A stretch of DNA of 64,000 bases from Longimicrobiales bacterium. GTDB lineage: Bacteria > Gemmatimonadota > Gemmatimonadetes > Longimicrobiales > RSA9. Numbering within the stretch: the first letter of the stretch is position 1; each line of letters opens with the position of its first letter. The DNA lies in assembly GCA_035513295.1 (NCBI GenBank), contig DATKCH010000001.1:12243-76242 (forward strand), written 5' to 3'. Positions 25,616 to 34,336 of the stretch are shown here, in pieces. The notes beneath the pieces were generated by a model that had not been told where the DNA came from, searched no databases, and saw only the letters and a program-made list of their open reading frames with translations. Position numbers and translations under genes: made by a program.

Positions 25616-28417
25616 TCAGGGCACTTCCAACCAAACGCGCGCGGCCGGGGGGGCCTCGGCGCGGGCCGCGACCGGCAGGGTGAAGTAGAAGGTCGCCCCG
25701 GACCCTGCCTCGCTCTCCACCCAGATGCGCCCGCCGTGCGCGGTCACGAAACCCTCGGCGATGGACAGGCCCAGGCCGAGGCCCTCCCTGTCCGTGGCGC
25801 GCGCCTTCCAGAAGCGCCCGAACACGTGCGGGATCTGCTCGGACGGGATGCCGGGGCCATTGTCCCGCACCGCGAACCGCACGAACTCTCCGTCGGCCTC
25901 GCAGGTGAGCTCGATGCGGCCGCCCTCGGGTGTGAACTTCACCGCGTTGCCGACGAGGTTGGAAATCACCTGGAGGATGCGCACGCGGTCGACCTCCACG
26001 TCGCACAGACCCTCGCCGCGCGTCGCGGCCAGCTCCAGCCCGCGGGCCGCGGCGAGCGGTTGCATTGTGGTGATCGCCTCCTCCGCGATCGCCCACGCGC
26101 TCTGACGCCGCCGTTCCAGTCGCAGGGCCCCGGCGTCCAGCTCGCGCGTCTGCAGGAGGTCCCCGATGAGCCGGTTCATCAGCGACACCGACCGCTCGAT
26201 CGCCGCGCCCAGGCGGCGCACGCCCGAGTGATCGACGTCGCCGAGGGACTGCGCGGCCATGCCGATCGTGTTCAGGGGATTGCGGAGGTCGTGGGCTACG
26301 ACCCCGAGAATGTCGTCGCGCGCGCGTTTGGCGACGAGCGCCTGGTCGTACAGATCCGCGTTCTCCACGGCCAGCGCGGCGCGCGCCGCGAGGTCGCGCG
26401 CGAGGGCGAGATCTTCACGCGAGTACAGGCGCCCCGACCCCGAGAAGCTGAGGACGATCGCGGCGACCGTGCGGTCCCGCACGAGGACCGGCACCGCCAG
26501 CACAGACCTGGGCGCGAGCGCCCTGTGCGCCTCCCTGTAGGCGTCATCGGGCGCCGCCTCGAGTGCCAACTCCAGGTCCAGATCCGGGAGGACGAGCGCG
26601 CACCCTTCCTCGAACAGTCGTGCAAGCGGGTGCCCTCCGGCCTCGTACTCGTCCAGCTGGCGCAGCGCGTGAAGCACGACGGGCTCCAGTTCCGGGTCGA
26701 CGTGCGCGACCCCCACCCGGCGCAGCGTGCCGCCTTCCTCCAGGACGTCGACCCAGCCGTAGTCGGCCAGTTCCGGCACGGCGAGCTGCACTACGGAGGC
26801 GAGCGTCGTGGCGTAGTCGAAGGAAGTGGCGAGCGCGCGGCTCGCCTCCGAAAGGAACTCCGAGCGCCGGTGGGCGGCTTCGGCTTCGCTCCGGGCGGCC
26901 TGCTCGCGGATCAGGGTGCGGGCGTTTTCCTCGGCGCGGCGGCGTTCGGTGACGTCGCGGACGAACGCGGTGAAGAAATGCCGGTCGCCGTCCTGGTAGC
27001 CGCCGAAGAGGACTTCCACCGGGAGCTCCCGCCCGTCGGCGGTGGACCACGACCATTCCCGCCCGGTCCAGTCGGGGTCGCTCATGCCCAGCTCCATGTA
27101 GGCGGCCACGCCCGCGCAGAAGTCCGCGCGCGCGTCCTCCGGAAGGAACGAGGAGATGTCGCGTCCGAGGAGCGCCCGTTCGTCCAGCCCGACGAGAGCC
27201 TCCAGCGCCGCGTTCGCGCTGACGATGCAGGCGGCCTCGTCCAGCACGAGGATGCCGTCGGGGGCGGTCGCGATCAGCGCGCGGAAGCGAGCCTCCTGCG
27301 CTCGCACGCGTTCGATCGAGCTGCCCTGCTTGAGCGCGAGGGCGATCTCGTCGCACACGGACCAGAGCGCGTCGCGGGTGGCGGCGGGGATGGGCCTCGA
27401 GTCCTCGATCACGGCGACGCCGAGGAGGTCCTCGCCCACCTCGAGCCGCATCGCCACGCGGTTGGGGGGCAGCCGGGTACCGCCGGCTTCGGCAGTTCCG
27501 GCGAGCGGGTCGGCGGACTCCCCCCGCAGAACGGCTTCGACATCCCGGTCGCTCGTGGTGGGCGTCGCTCCGTCGACCGCGTGGCTCGCGAGCAACTCCG
27601 CCGACCCGTCATCGCCCGGCCGCCACAGGCCCGCGAAATCGAGACCGAGGTGGTCCACGAGCAGCCGCACGCAGCGCTCCGGGAAGACCCCGGTCCCGAG
27701 GCCCCCTTCGGTGACCACCGCGCCGATGTCGGCCTGAAGACGCGCCTGGCGCCGCTGCGTGTCGTAGTCCCGCTCCAACCGGTGCCGCGCGATGGCGGAG
27801 CCCAGCAGCTGGCCCGCCGCGCGCAGGGCGCTCTGTTCGGAGGCCGTCCACACGCGCTGCCCGCGGCATTCGTCGAACCCGATGAAGCCCCACCAGTCTC
27901 CGTCCACGTGGATCGGAACGTGGATGAGCGACTGGATCGCCTGCGGCGACATGAGCCGCTGCGCCTGCTCGGGAACGCTGTTCACGTGGGCTTGCATGAT
28001 CTCGCCGTCGGCGAGGCCATCCTCCCATACGTCCAGGCCCGCGTCCCGAAGCGAGAGATCGCGCAGCGCGGGGTTGTCGATCTGGGGGGTCACCGCAGTC
28101 GCCACCCACTCGCCCCGGCGGGTCACCACCGGGCGCCCGTCGAGGTCGGAGCGCTTGAAGAGGTAGGCCCTGCTAACCCCCGCCGCCTCCCCCAGCCGGG
28201 CCAGCACGAGGTCGAGGTTGGTCTGCCAGTCCCCGCCGCCAAGGAAACGCTCCGCCGCGAACACGACGGCCTCCATGATCGCGTCGTGCAGGAAATCGGG
28301 GGCGGGCGCGGCCGGCGGGTTCACGGGGCTCGCCTCCGAGACGCTTTCCAGCAGCACGTCGGCACCGCGTGAGCGGCGTCGACCCGCCCGCGCGCGTGAA
28401 TCACGTATCGGTTCCAC
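25616..28417 (-). CDS. Cytoplasmic sensor histidine kinase, GAF-GAF-PAS-GAF-HisKA-HATPase_c
   Basis: The H-box is VVAHDLRNPLNTI. N, G1 and G2 boxes are present (NLVGNAVKFT, DNGPGI, GLGLSI). A PAS segment ends in FVRDVTERRRAEE. No TM helices are seen. The start codon is uncertain, with alternatives downstream of 28417. Confidence 0.85.
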   Translation of the reverse strand: MEPIRDSRARAGRRRSRGADVLLESVSEASPVNPPAAPAPDFLHDAIMEAVVFAAERFLGGGDWQTNLDLVLARLGEAAGVSRAYLFKRSDLDGRPVVTRRGEWVATAVTPQIDNPALRDLSLRDAGLDVWEDGLADGEIMQAHVNSVPEQAQRLMSPQAIQSLIHVPIHVDGDWWGFIGFDECRGQRVWTASEQSALRAAGQLLGSAIARHRLERDYDTQRRQARLQADIGAVVTEGGLGTGVFPERCVRLLVDHLGLDFAGLWRPGDDGSAELLASHAVDGATPTTSDRDVEAVLRGESADPLAGTAEAGGTRLPPNRVAMRLEVGEDLLGVAVIEDSRPIPAATRDALWSVCDEIALALKQGSSIERVRAQEARFRALIATAPDGILVLDEAACIVSANAALEALVGLDERALLGRDISSFLPEDARADFCAGVAAYMELGMSDPDWTGREWSWSTADGRELPVEVLFGGYQDGDRHFFTAFVRDVTERRRAEENARTLIREQAARSEAEAAHRRSEFLSEASRALATSFDYATTLASVVQLAVPELADYGWVDVLEEGGTLRRVGVAHVDPELEPVVLHALRQLDEYEAGGHPLARLFEEGCALVLPDLDLELALEAAPDDAYREAHRALAPRSVLAVPVLVRDRTVAAIVLSFSGSGRLYSREDLALARDLAARAALAVENADLYDQALVAKRARDDILGVVAHDLRNPLNTIGMAAQSLGDVDHSGVRRLGAAIERSVSLMNRLIGDLLQTRELDAGALRLERRRQSAWAIAEEAITTMQPLAAARGLELAATRGEGLCDVEVDRVRILQVISNLVGNAVKFTPEGGRIELTCEADGEFVRFAVRDNGPGIPSEQIPHVFGRFWKARATDREGLGLGLSIAEGFVTAHGGRIWVESEAGSGATFYFTLPVAARAEAPPAARVWLEVP

Positions 28418-28712
28418 TGGCCTGGCCGCTCGTCGTACGGTTCCGGGAGCTCCTCATTAATCCTTCCCCGCGCTTCACGTCCGGGCAAGCACGTTCTGGC
28501 GACGCCGGCGGTCGGCGATTTCCGCACCCGCTCGAACGCACGCGCACCGCGCCCGGGTCGTCGGTCGGAACGGCAGCCCGAGGTAGTCTATGGCGACCGG
28601 AGCGGGCGGGCCATGCCGGCAAGGCGCCCGATCGGCGGCCAGCGCCGCCGAGGGCATTGCGGAGGGAGATCTTTCCTTCCACCGTGATGCTCCGACCGCA
28701 AACGAGCTCCCG

Positions 28713-29444
28713 ATGACCGCACAATCCCGATCGGACTCCCCGCTGCTCGTCGCCTTCGACGCCGATGACACGTTGTGGCACAACGAACGGATCTTCACGG
28801 ACACGCAGGCCAGGTTCCGGGAGCTCCTGCGGCGACACTGCGATGAATCCGTCATCGAGCAGCGCCTCTACGACACCGAAATCCGCAACCTCGGCCACTA
28901 CGGCTACGGAGTGAAGGCGTTCACGCTGTCGATGGTGGAGACCGCGATCGACCTCACCGACGGCGCGATCACCGGCGGGGACGTCAACGCGATCCTGGAC
29001 ATGGGGCGTGAGATGCTGAACGCGCCGGTGGAGCTCCTGGAAGGCGTTTCCGAGGTGATTCCGATGCTTGCCGGACGGTATCGCCTGATGGTGATCACCA
29101 AGGGCGACCTGCTGGATCAGGAGACGAAAGTCGCGCGCAGCGGTCTGGGCGACCACTTCGATTTCGTGGAGGTGGTGTCCAGGAAGGACCGCGGCGCCTA
29201 CGAGCGCGTGCTGAACGCCCACGGCGCGCATCCCGTCGAATTCGTGATGGTCGGCAACTCGCTGCGGTCCGACGTGCTGCCCGTGGCGGAGATGGGTGGC
29301 GTGGCGGTGCACATCCCCTACCACACGACCTGGGCCCACGAGCAGGTCCGCGACGGGACCACGGAGGACCTCCCCTACACCCGTCTGGAGCGGATTTCCG
29401 AGGTGCCCGGCTTTCTCGCGGGACTGGCGAACGGGTCCCCATGA
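28713..29444 (+). CDS. HAD-superfamily hydrolase
   Basis: The ATG at 28713 gives MTAQSRSDSPLLVAFDADDTLW (DxDxT motif I). ITKG and a late VGNSLRSD motif are present. Confidence 0.8.
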   Translation: MTAQSRSDSPLLVAFDADDTLWHNERIFTDTQARFRELLRRHCDESVIEQRLYDTEIRNLGHYGYGVKAFTLSMVETAIDLTDGAITGGDVNAILDMGREMLNAPVELLEGVSEVIPMLAGRYRLMVITKGDLLDQETKVARSGLGDHFDFVEVVSRKDRGAYERVLNAHGAHPVEFVMVGNSLRSDVLPVAEMGGVAVHIPYHTTWAHEQVRDGTTEDLPYTRLERISEVPGFLAGLANGSP

Positions 29445-31507
29445 CTCCGCCCGCGTGGCGTCAGCGGGATCGAGCCGCTCCAGCCCGGCGGCCCGGTCTC
29501 GGCGGCGCACGCCGCCCGAGGGAGAAGCTTGGCCCCCGGAGCCGGTGCCTGGCCCTGCCGGTGGCGATCGCGGCGCTCGTCCCGGCGCTCGTTTCGGCCC
29601 AGGCCGGCGACCTGGGCTACTCGGCGGCGGCCCTCGAGGCCGCGCGGGCCGCCCAGGCGCGCTTCGAGCGCGTACGCCGCACGCAACTGCCCTGGACGCT
29701 GTCGGGATCTGGGAGCGCGTGCGGCGAGGTCGTGGGCCGGTTCTGCTGGCGGCCGGACGACTCCGACCTGGAGCTTCCCTCGGAACCCGACGGCATCGGC
29801 AGCGCGCGCCTCGGGCTGCTCATCGAGCTGGCCGGCCTTTCGACCCGCATCCCCGGAGATCGCTGGCTCCTGGGCCAGCGCGTGCGCTACCGCATCGAGG
29901 GCGCTCAGGCGGCCGCCGGCCGCGCCCGCGCGTCCGGCCGCGAGGGGGACGCGCGCGCCACCGCGGTCCGGGCGGCGGACTCCGCCGCCGCCGAGCACCT
30001 CGCGGCGGCCGAGGCGCTGGCCCGCTCCTGCCGGGACCGGGCGCGGGACGGCTGGTGCGACGCCTTGCTGGGGCTCGCCCTGCAAGCCGCCGGCCGGGTA
30101 CGCGACGCTGAGACCGCCTTCGCCGCCGCCGCCGCGCGCGCGGGGCACTCCGATGACGCGGGTCGCGACATGCGCGATGTCCTCGACGCGGGCGCGCGCC
30201 GACTCCTGCGCGAGACTCCGGACACCGCGGCGTTCGTCGACGCGCTGTGGTTGCTCGCCGATCCGTTCTGGGCGCTCCCGGGCAACGACCGGCGGGCGGA
30301 GCACGAGGCCCGGCGCGTGATGGCGCGCATCCAGGAGGACGCCCGAAACGCCTTCGGCGTCCCGTGGGGCGATGACCTCCGCGAGCTGCACGTCCGCTTC
30401 GGTTGGGAGGTGGGCTGGGAGAGGACCCGCCGCAACTCGGGCGCGATGGCTTCTTCGGCGACCGCGGTGATCGGGCACCAGCAGGACGACGGGTTCGGAT
30501 TCCTCCCCGCGGGCGAGCTGCTGGTCGATCCCCTCTCCGCCGAGCGCGCGCGCTGGGTTCCGGACGGGCGGCCGAGACGCGAGGGCTACGCGCCGCCGTA
30601 CCTGGACGCTCTCTATGACGCGGAGCACCAGCTGGCGGCGTTCCGCAGGGGGGACTCGCTGCTCGTGCTCGTCGCGCTCAGGCGGCCGGGGTCGGACCTG
30701 GCGGGGGACCCCTCCCGGGACCGGTCCGCGGACCGCGCGAGCGCCGGGGCGCGCGGCGTGACCGGCGTGAGTGGTTTCGGCCCCGAACCGTTCGACGCGA
30801 CGGCCTTCGTCGCGTGGGGCGGGGCCCGGAAATCCGAGCCGCCGGGTCGGGTGACGGCCGGCGAGCCCGTCGTCGTGCGCGCGGACCGCGCGTCCGCGGC
30901 GGGGCCCGCGAGCGTAGCCCGGATGCGCGCCTTGCTGCCGGCCGGCCCCTACATCGTCTCTGTGGAGTCCCTCGGCCGCGCGCGGGTCGGCGCGCGCGCG
31001 CGCTACGGGTTTCGCCGGGACGCCCTGCCGGAAGGCGTCACCGACATCTCGGACCTCCTGCTGTACGCTCCCGAGGATGGGGGGGCGGGGAACGGCCCAT
31101 CCGACGCCCCAGAGCCGCGTGCCTCCGACTTCGACCACGCGGTTCGGCGCATGCTCGCGCGCGCCGCGGTGCGCCCGGGGGGGGCGCTCGGCGTGGCCTG
31201 GGAGGTCTACGGCGTGCGGCCGGAGGGAGAAGCGATCGACTTCGACGTGGCGCTCGGTCGCCGCGGTGAGTCGTTCGTTCGCCGAGCGGGTCGGTGGCTG
31301 GGGTTGTTCGGCGGCGACGCGGCGGTGAGCGTCCGCTGGACCGACGTGGCGCTCCCGGTCGGGGGCGTGTACGGCCGTACTATCGTGGTCGAGACGCCAG
31401 CGGACATCCCGCCCGGTCGATATACGCTGAGGGTCGCCGCGCGCGTCGCCGGCCGCACGGACCTGGTGGCCGAGCGCGAGGTGCTCGTCGAGCGCGGCGG
31501 ACGCTAG
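29441..31507 (+). CDS. Secreted hypothetical protein (possibly GWxTD-domain related)
   Basis: The ATG overlaps the HAD stop (ATGA). There is a signal peptide ...ALVPALVSAQA. The segment LWLLADPFWALPGNDRRAEHEARRVMARIQ...FGWEVGWERT loosely resembles GWxTD-family proteins. Function is not established. Confidence 0.55.
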   Translation: MTPPAWRQRDRAAPARRPGLGGARRPREKLGPRSRCLALPVAIAALVPALVSAQAGDLGYSAAALEAARAAQARFERVRRTQLPWTLSGSGSACGEVVGRFCWRPDDSDLELPSEPDGIGSARLGLLIELAGLSTRIPGDRWLLGQRVRYRIEGAQAAAGRARASGREGDARATAVRAADSAAAEHLAAAEALARSCRDRARDGWCDALLGLALQAAGRVRDAETAFAAAAARAGHSDDAGRDMRDVLDAGARRLLRETPDTAAFVDALWLLADPFWALPGNDRRAEHEARRVMARIQEDARNAFGVPWGDDLRELHVRFGWEVGWERTRRNSGAMASSATAVIGHQQDDGFGFLPAGELLVDPLSAERARWVPDGRPRREGYAPPYLDALYDAEHQLAAFRRGDSLLVLVALRRPGSDLAGDPSRDRSADRASAGARGVTGVSGFGPEPFDATAFVAWGGARKSEPPGRVTAGEPVVVRADRASAAGPASVARMRALLPAGPYIVSVESLGRARVGARARYGFRRDALPEGVTDISDLLLYAPEDGGAGNGPSDAPEPRASDFDHAVRRMLARAAVRPGGALGVAWEVYGVRPEGEAIDFDVALGRRGESFVRRAGRWLGLFGGDAAVSVRWTDVALPVGGVYGRTIVVETPADIPPGRYTLRVAARVAGRTDLVAEREVLVERGGR

Positions 31508-31512
31508 TCGCC

Positions 31513-32274
31513 TTAGCTTCCTTGGATTCCCGCGGGTCGGGCATACCGGACGTAGCCGTACAGGACCACCGCGACCGCGGTGGCCAGATTGAGGCTGGAC
31601 ACGCCGGGCCGCATCGGGATGCCGACCTCGAGGTCGGCGGACGCATGGAGATCGCGCCCGAGACCCGCGCGCTCGGCTCCGAAGAGCAGGACCGCGTCGC
31701 GCGGCAGGAGCGCCCTCGCGGGCGGCGCGCCCGGCACCACCGCGACCACAGGGCGCTTACCCGCCAGGTCCTCCAGCGACGCCCGCCCCGCCGCGGCAGC
31801 GGCGACGGCGAACTGGAGGCCGGCGCCGCCGCGCAACGCGGCGGGGTGCCATGGGTCGGCGCCTTCGAGGCAGATCACGCCGCCGGCACCGGCCGCGGCC
31901 GCGACGCGCACCACCGCGCCCACGTTGCCGTGGTGCGTGGGCCGGTCGAGGACGACGATCGGAGCGTCAGCGGCGGGCGTCAGCGGCGGCGCGGGCCGGC
32001 GAGCGAGGGCCAGGACCGGCGACGGGGGGCGGGGCGCGGCCGCCCGGAACGTCCGCTCGTCCACCTCCGCCATGGGGACGCTTAGCAGCGCGTCCTCGAT
32101 GTCCGGGGCGAGCCGGCGCGCGAGTTCGATCACCTCCCCCCTTTCGACGCAGATCGCCTCGACGATGTCTCCGCCGAACCGCAGCGCGTGCTTGAGCGGG
32201 TGGAAGCCCTCGAGAATCGCCAGCGAGGAATCGCGCCGCGCGGCGCGGAAGCGCTCCGCCGTGCGCCCGGTCAA
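31513..32274 (-). CDS. TrmH/SpoU-family RNA 2'-O-methyltransferase
   Basis: The TTG at 32274 overlaps the EamA stop (TTGA). SPOUT motifs are present: DRPTHHGNVGAVVRVAAAAG, LLFGAERAGL and IPMRPGVSSLNLATAVAVVLY. Confidence 0.8.
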   Translation of the reverse strand: MTGRTAERFRAARRDSSLAILEGFHPLKHALRFGGDIVEAICVERGEVIELARRLAPDIEDALLSVPMAEVDERTFRAAAPRPPSPVLALARRPAPPLTPAADAPIVVLDRPTHHGNVGAVVRVAAAAGAGGVICLEGADPWHPAALRGGAGLQFAVAAAAAGRASLEDLAGKRPVVAVVPGAPPARALLPRDAVLLFGAERAGLGRDLHASADLEVGIPMRPGVSSLNLATAVAVVLYGYVRYARPAGIQGS

Positions 32275-33167
32275 CCGGCGACCGTGACCAGGGCGAAACC
32301 GGCGAGCATGATCGCCGCCCCCAGCGCGCGCCTGCGGGTGCCCGATTCGCGGAAATACACGCCTCCCGCCAGCACCGCGAAGAACACGCTGGTGCGCTTC
32401 ACGGCTATGACGTAGGCGGCCGCGGTCATGGTGATCGCGGTCATCTGCGCGGCCAGGGCCACCGCGGTTACGACCGCCGCGCCCGCCAGGTCGCCGCGTG
32501 GCAGCGCGACCGCTCCGGCCGCGGGGCCCGCCGCGTCGTCGCGCGCGCGCCGTCGGGCGCGCAGGAGCGCCGCGGGAGCGACAGCCGCCGCGACGAATAC
32601 GTTGAGCGCGGCCGCCCAAGTGAACGCCCCCGAAGCGCGCACCCCCACCTTGTCCACGACGGCCGACACGCTGAAGATCACCGCAACGATCAGCATTTCG
32701 CGCGCTCCGCGGTCCGACAGCAGCGCACGGTACGGTGCGAAGACGCCGACGCCCTCGGGCTCCGAGAGCAGGTACGCGCCCGCGACGATCACGACCACGC
32801 CGGCGATCCCCATGGGCGACGCGTACTCTCCGATCAGGAGCGGCGCGGTGGCCAGCATGAAGAGCGGCGTGAGGCTCTTGAGGGGCGCTACCAGGGACAG
32901 GTCCGAACGGTGCACGGCGCGCGCGATGAGCAGGGCCGCCGCGGCGTTGATCACCCCCGACACGAGCAGGGCGCTCCAGAAGCCCGGCGCCGGAGCCTCC
33001 CCCGCACGGAGCGCGAGCGGCAGGAGCAGCGCCCCGGCGCCGGCCGCCGCCCAGAACACGACCACGTACTCGTCGGCGGCCCGCCGCGCACGCTTGACCA
33101 GGATTTCCCGGGCCGCCGTGCCCAGAGCCGCGACCAGAGCGAAGATCAGCCACACGGCGCCCAACAT
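32271..33167 (-). CDS. EamA/DMT-family transporter
   Basis: ATG at 33167 (MLGAVWLIFALVAALG). It has about 10 hydrophobic helices and a duplicated EamA-like organisation. Confidence 0.8.
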   Translation of the reverse strand: MLGAVWLIFALVAALGTAAREILVKRARRAADEYVVVFWAAAGAGALLLPLALRAGEAPAPGFWSALLVSGVINAAAALLIARAVHRSDLSLVAPLKSLTPLFMLATAPLLIGEYASPMGIAGVVVIVAGAYLLSEPEGVGVFAPYRALLSDRGAREMLIVAVIFSVSAVVDKVGVRASGAFTWAAALNVFVAAAVAPAALLRARRRARDDAAGPAAGAVALPRGDLAGAAVVTAVALAAQMTAITMTAAAYVIAVKRTSVFFAVLAGGVYFRESGTRRRALGAAIMLAGFALVTVAG

Positions 33168-33255
33168 GGGCGGCGAGGGCCGGGCGCGGTAGCAGCGGGT
33201 CGTATCGCCGGGTAGGTTACGCGCCCTGCAACCACGTACGCTCTCCGGGACGACC

Positions 33256-34248
33256 ATGGACGAACAGCACACCGACGGGGGCCCAGTCAGCCGGTTCCTG
33301 CGCCACCACTTCCGGCACTTCAACGCCGCCGCCCTGGTGGACGCCGCCTCCGGCTATCGCGCGCATCTGGACGGCGGCGGGCGGATGCTCGTTACGCTGG
33401 CGGGCGCGATGAGCACGGCCGAGCTCGGCCTGTCGCTCGCCGAGATGATCCGGCGCGGAAAGGTGCACGCGATCTCCTGCACCGGGGCCAACCTCGAGGA
33501 GGACGTCTTCAACCTAGTCGCGCACGACCACTACGAGCGCGTGCCCCACTACCGCGACCTGACCCCCGCGGATGAGAAGGCGCTGCTCGATCGGCACCTG
33601 AACCGCGTCACCGATACCTGCATTCCCGAGGAGGAGGCGATGCGCCGGCTCGAGCGGGCGGTGCTGCGCGTGTGGGCGGACGCGGAGGAGACGGGCGACC
33701 GCCTGTTTCCGCACGAGGCGCTCTACCGGCTCATCGCCTCCGGCGCGCTCGAGGAGCACTACCAGATCGATCCCGTCGACAGCTGGATCGTGGCCGCCGC
33801 GGAACGCGACCTGCCGATGTTCGTGCCCGGCTGGGAGGACTCCACGCTGGGCAACATCTACTCGGCGCACCTGATCGGCGGCACCCTGGGGGATCCGCAC
33901 ACGATGCGCGGCGGGATCGAGTACATGCTGCGGCTCGCCGAGTGGTACACGGACACGTCGGCCGAGTCCTCGATCGGGTTCTTCCAGATCGGCGGAGGCA
34001 TCGCGGGCGACTTCCCGATCTGCGTCGTGCCGATGCTCCACCAGGATCTGCGCAGGAGGGACGTCCCGTTGTGGGGCTACTTCTGCCAGATCTCCGAGGC
34101 GACCATGAGCTACGGCGGCTACTCCGGGGCCGTGCCGAACGAGAAGATCACGTGGGGGAAGCTCGGCGTGGACACGCCCAAGCACATCATCGAATCCGAC
34201 GCGTCCATCGTCGCTCCCCTCATCTTCGCGCTGGTCCTCGACTGGTGA
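33256..34248 (+). CDS. Deoxyhypusine synthase family protein (bacterial DHS-like / homospermidine-synthase-like)
   Basis: The 330-aa protein contains LVTLAGAMSTAELG, ISCTGANLEEDVF, PGWEDSTLGN, FQIGGGIAGDF and GAVPNEKITWGK, typical of the DS family. Confidence 0.85.
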   Translation: MDEQHTDGGPVSRFLRHHFRHFNAAALVDAASGYRAHLDGGGRMLVTLAGAMSTAELGLSLAEMIRRGKVHAISCTGANLEEDVFNLVAHDHYERVPHYRDLTPADEKALLDRHLNRVTDTCIPEEEAMRRLERAVLRVWADAEETGDRLFPHEALYRLIASGALEEHYQIDPVDSWIVAAAERDLPMFVPGWEDSTLGNIYSAHLIGGTLGDPHTMRGGIEYMLRLAEWYTDTSAESSIGFFQIGGGIAGDFPICVVPMLHQDLRRRDVPLWGYFCQISEATMSYGGYSGAVPNEKITWGKLGVDTPKHIIESDASIVAPLIFALVLDW

Positions 34249-34336
34249 GGGGAGGCGCCGAAGGAGGGACGCGTCCGCTCCACCCGCGGACTCTCTGCGG
34301 GCCGTTTGGCGCGGCGTCCCCTGGGCGAGGCCGCGC

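Noticed and set aside
25592-28372. 926-aa ORF on the + strand covering almost the whole histidine-kinase locus
   Set aside because: It is antisense to an ORF with clear GAF/PAS/HisKA/HATPase motifs. Its product is Arg/Gly/Pro/Ala-rich with no recognisable domain. This is a typical stop-codon-poor antisense frame in ~70% GC DNA.
22691-28417. SARP regulator as a marker of a secondary-metabolite biosynthetic gene cluster
   Set aside because: No PKS, NRPS, terpene, RiPP or tailoring genes occur within tens of kb on either side. The neighbours are transporters and housekeeping genes.
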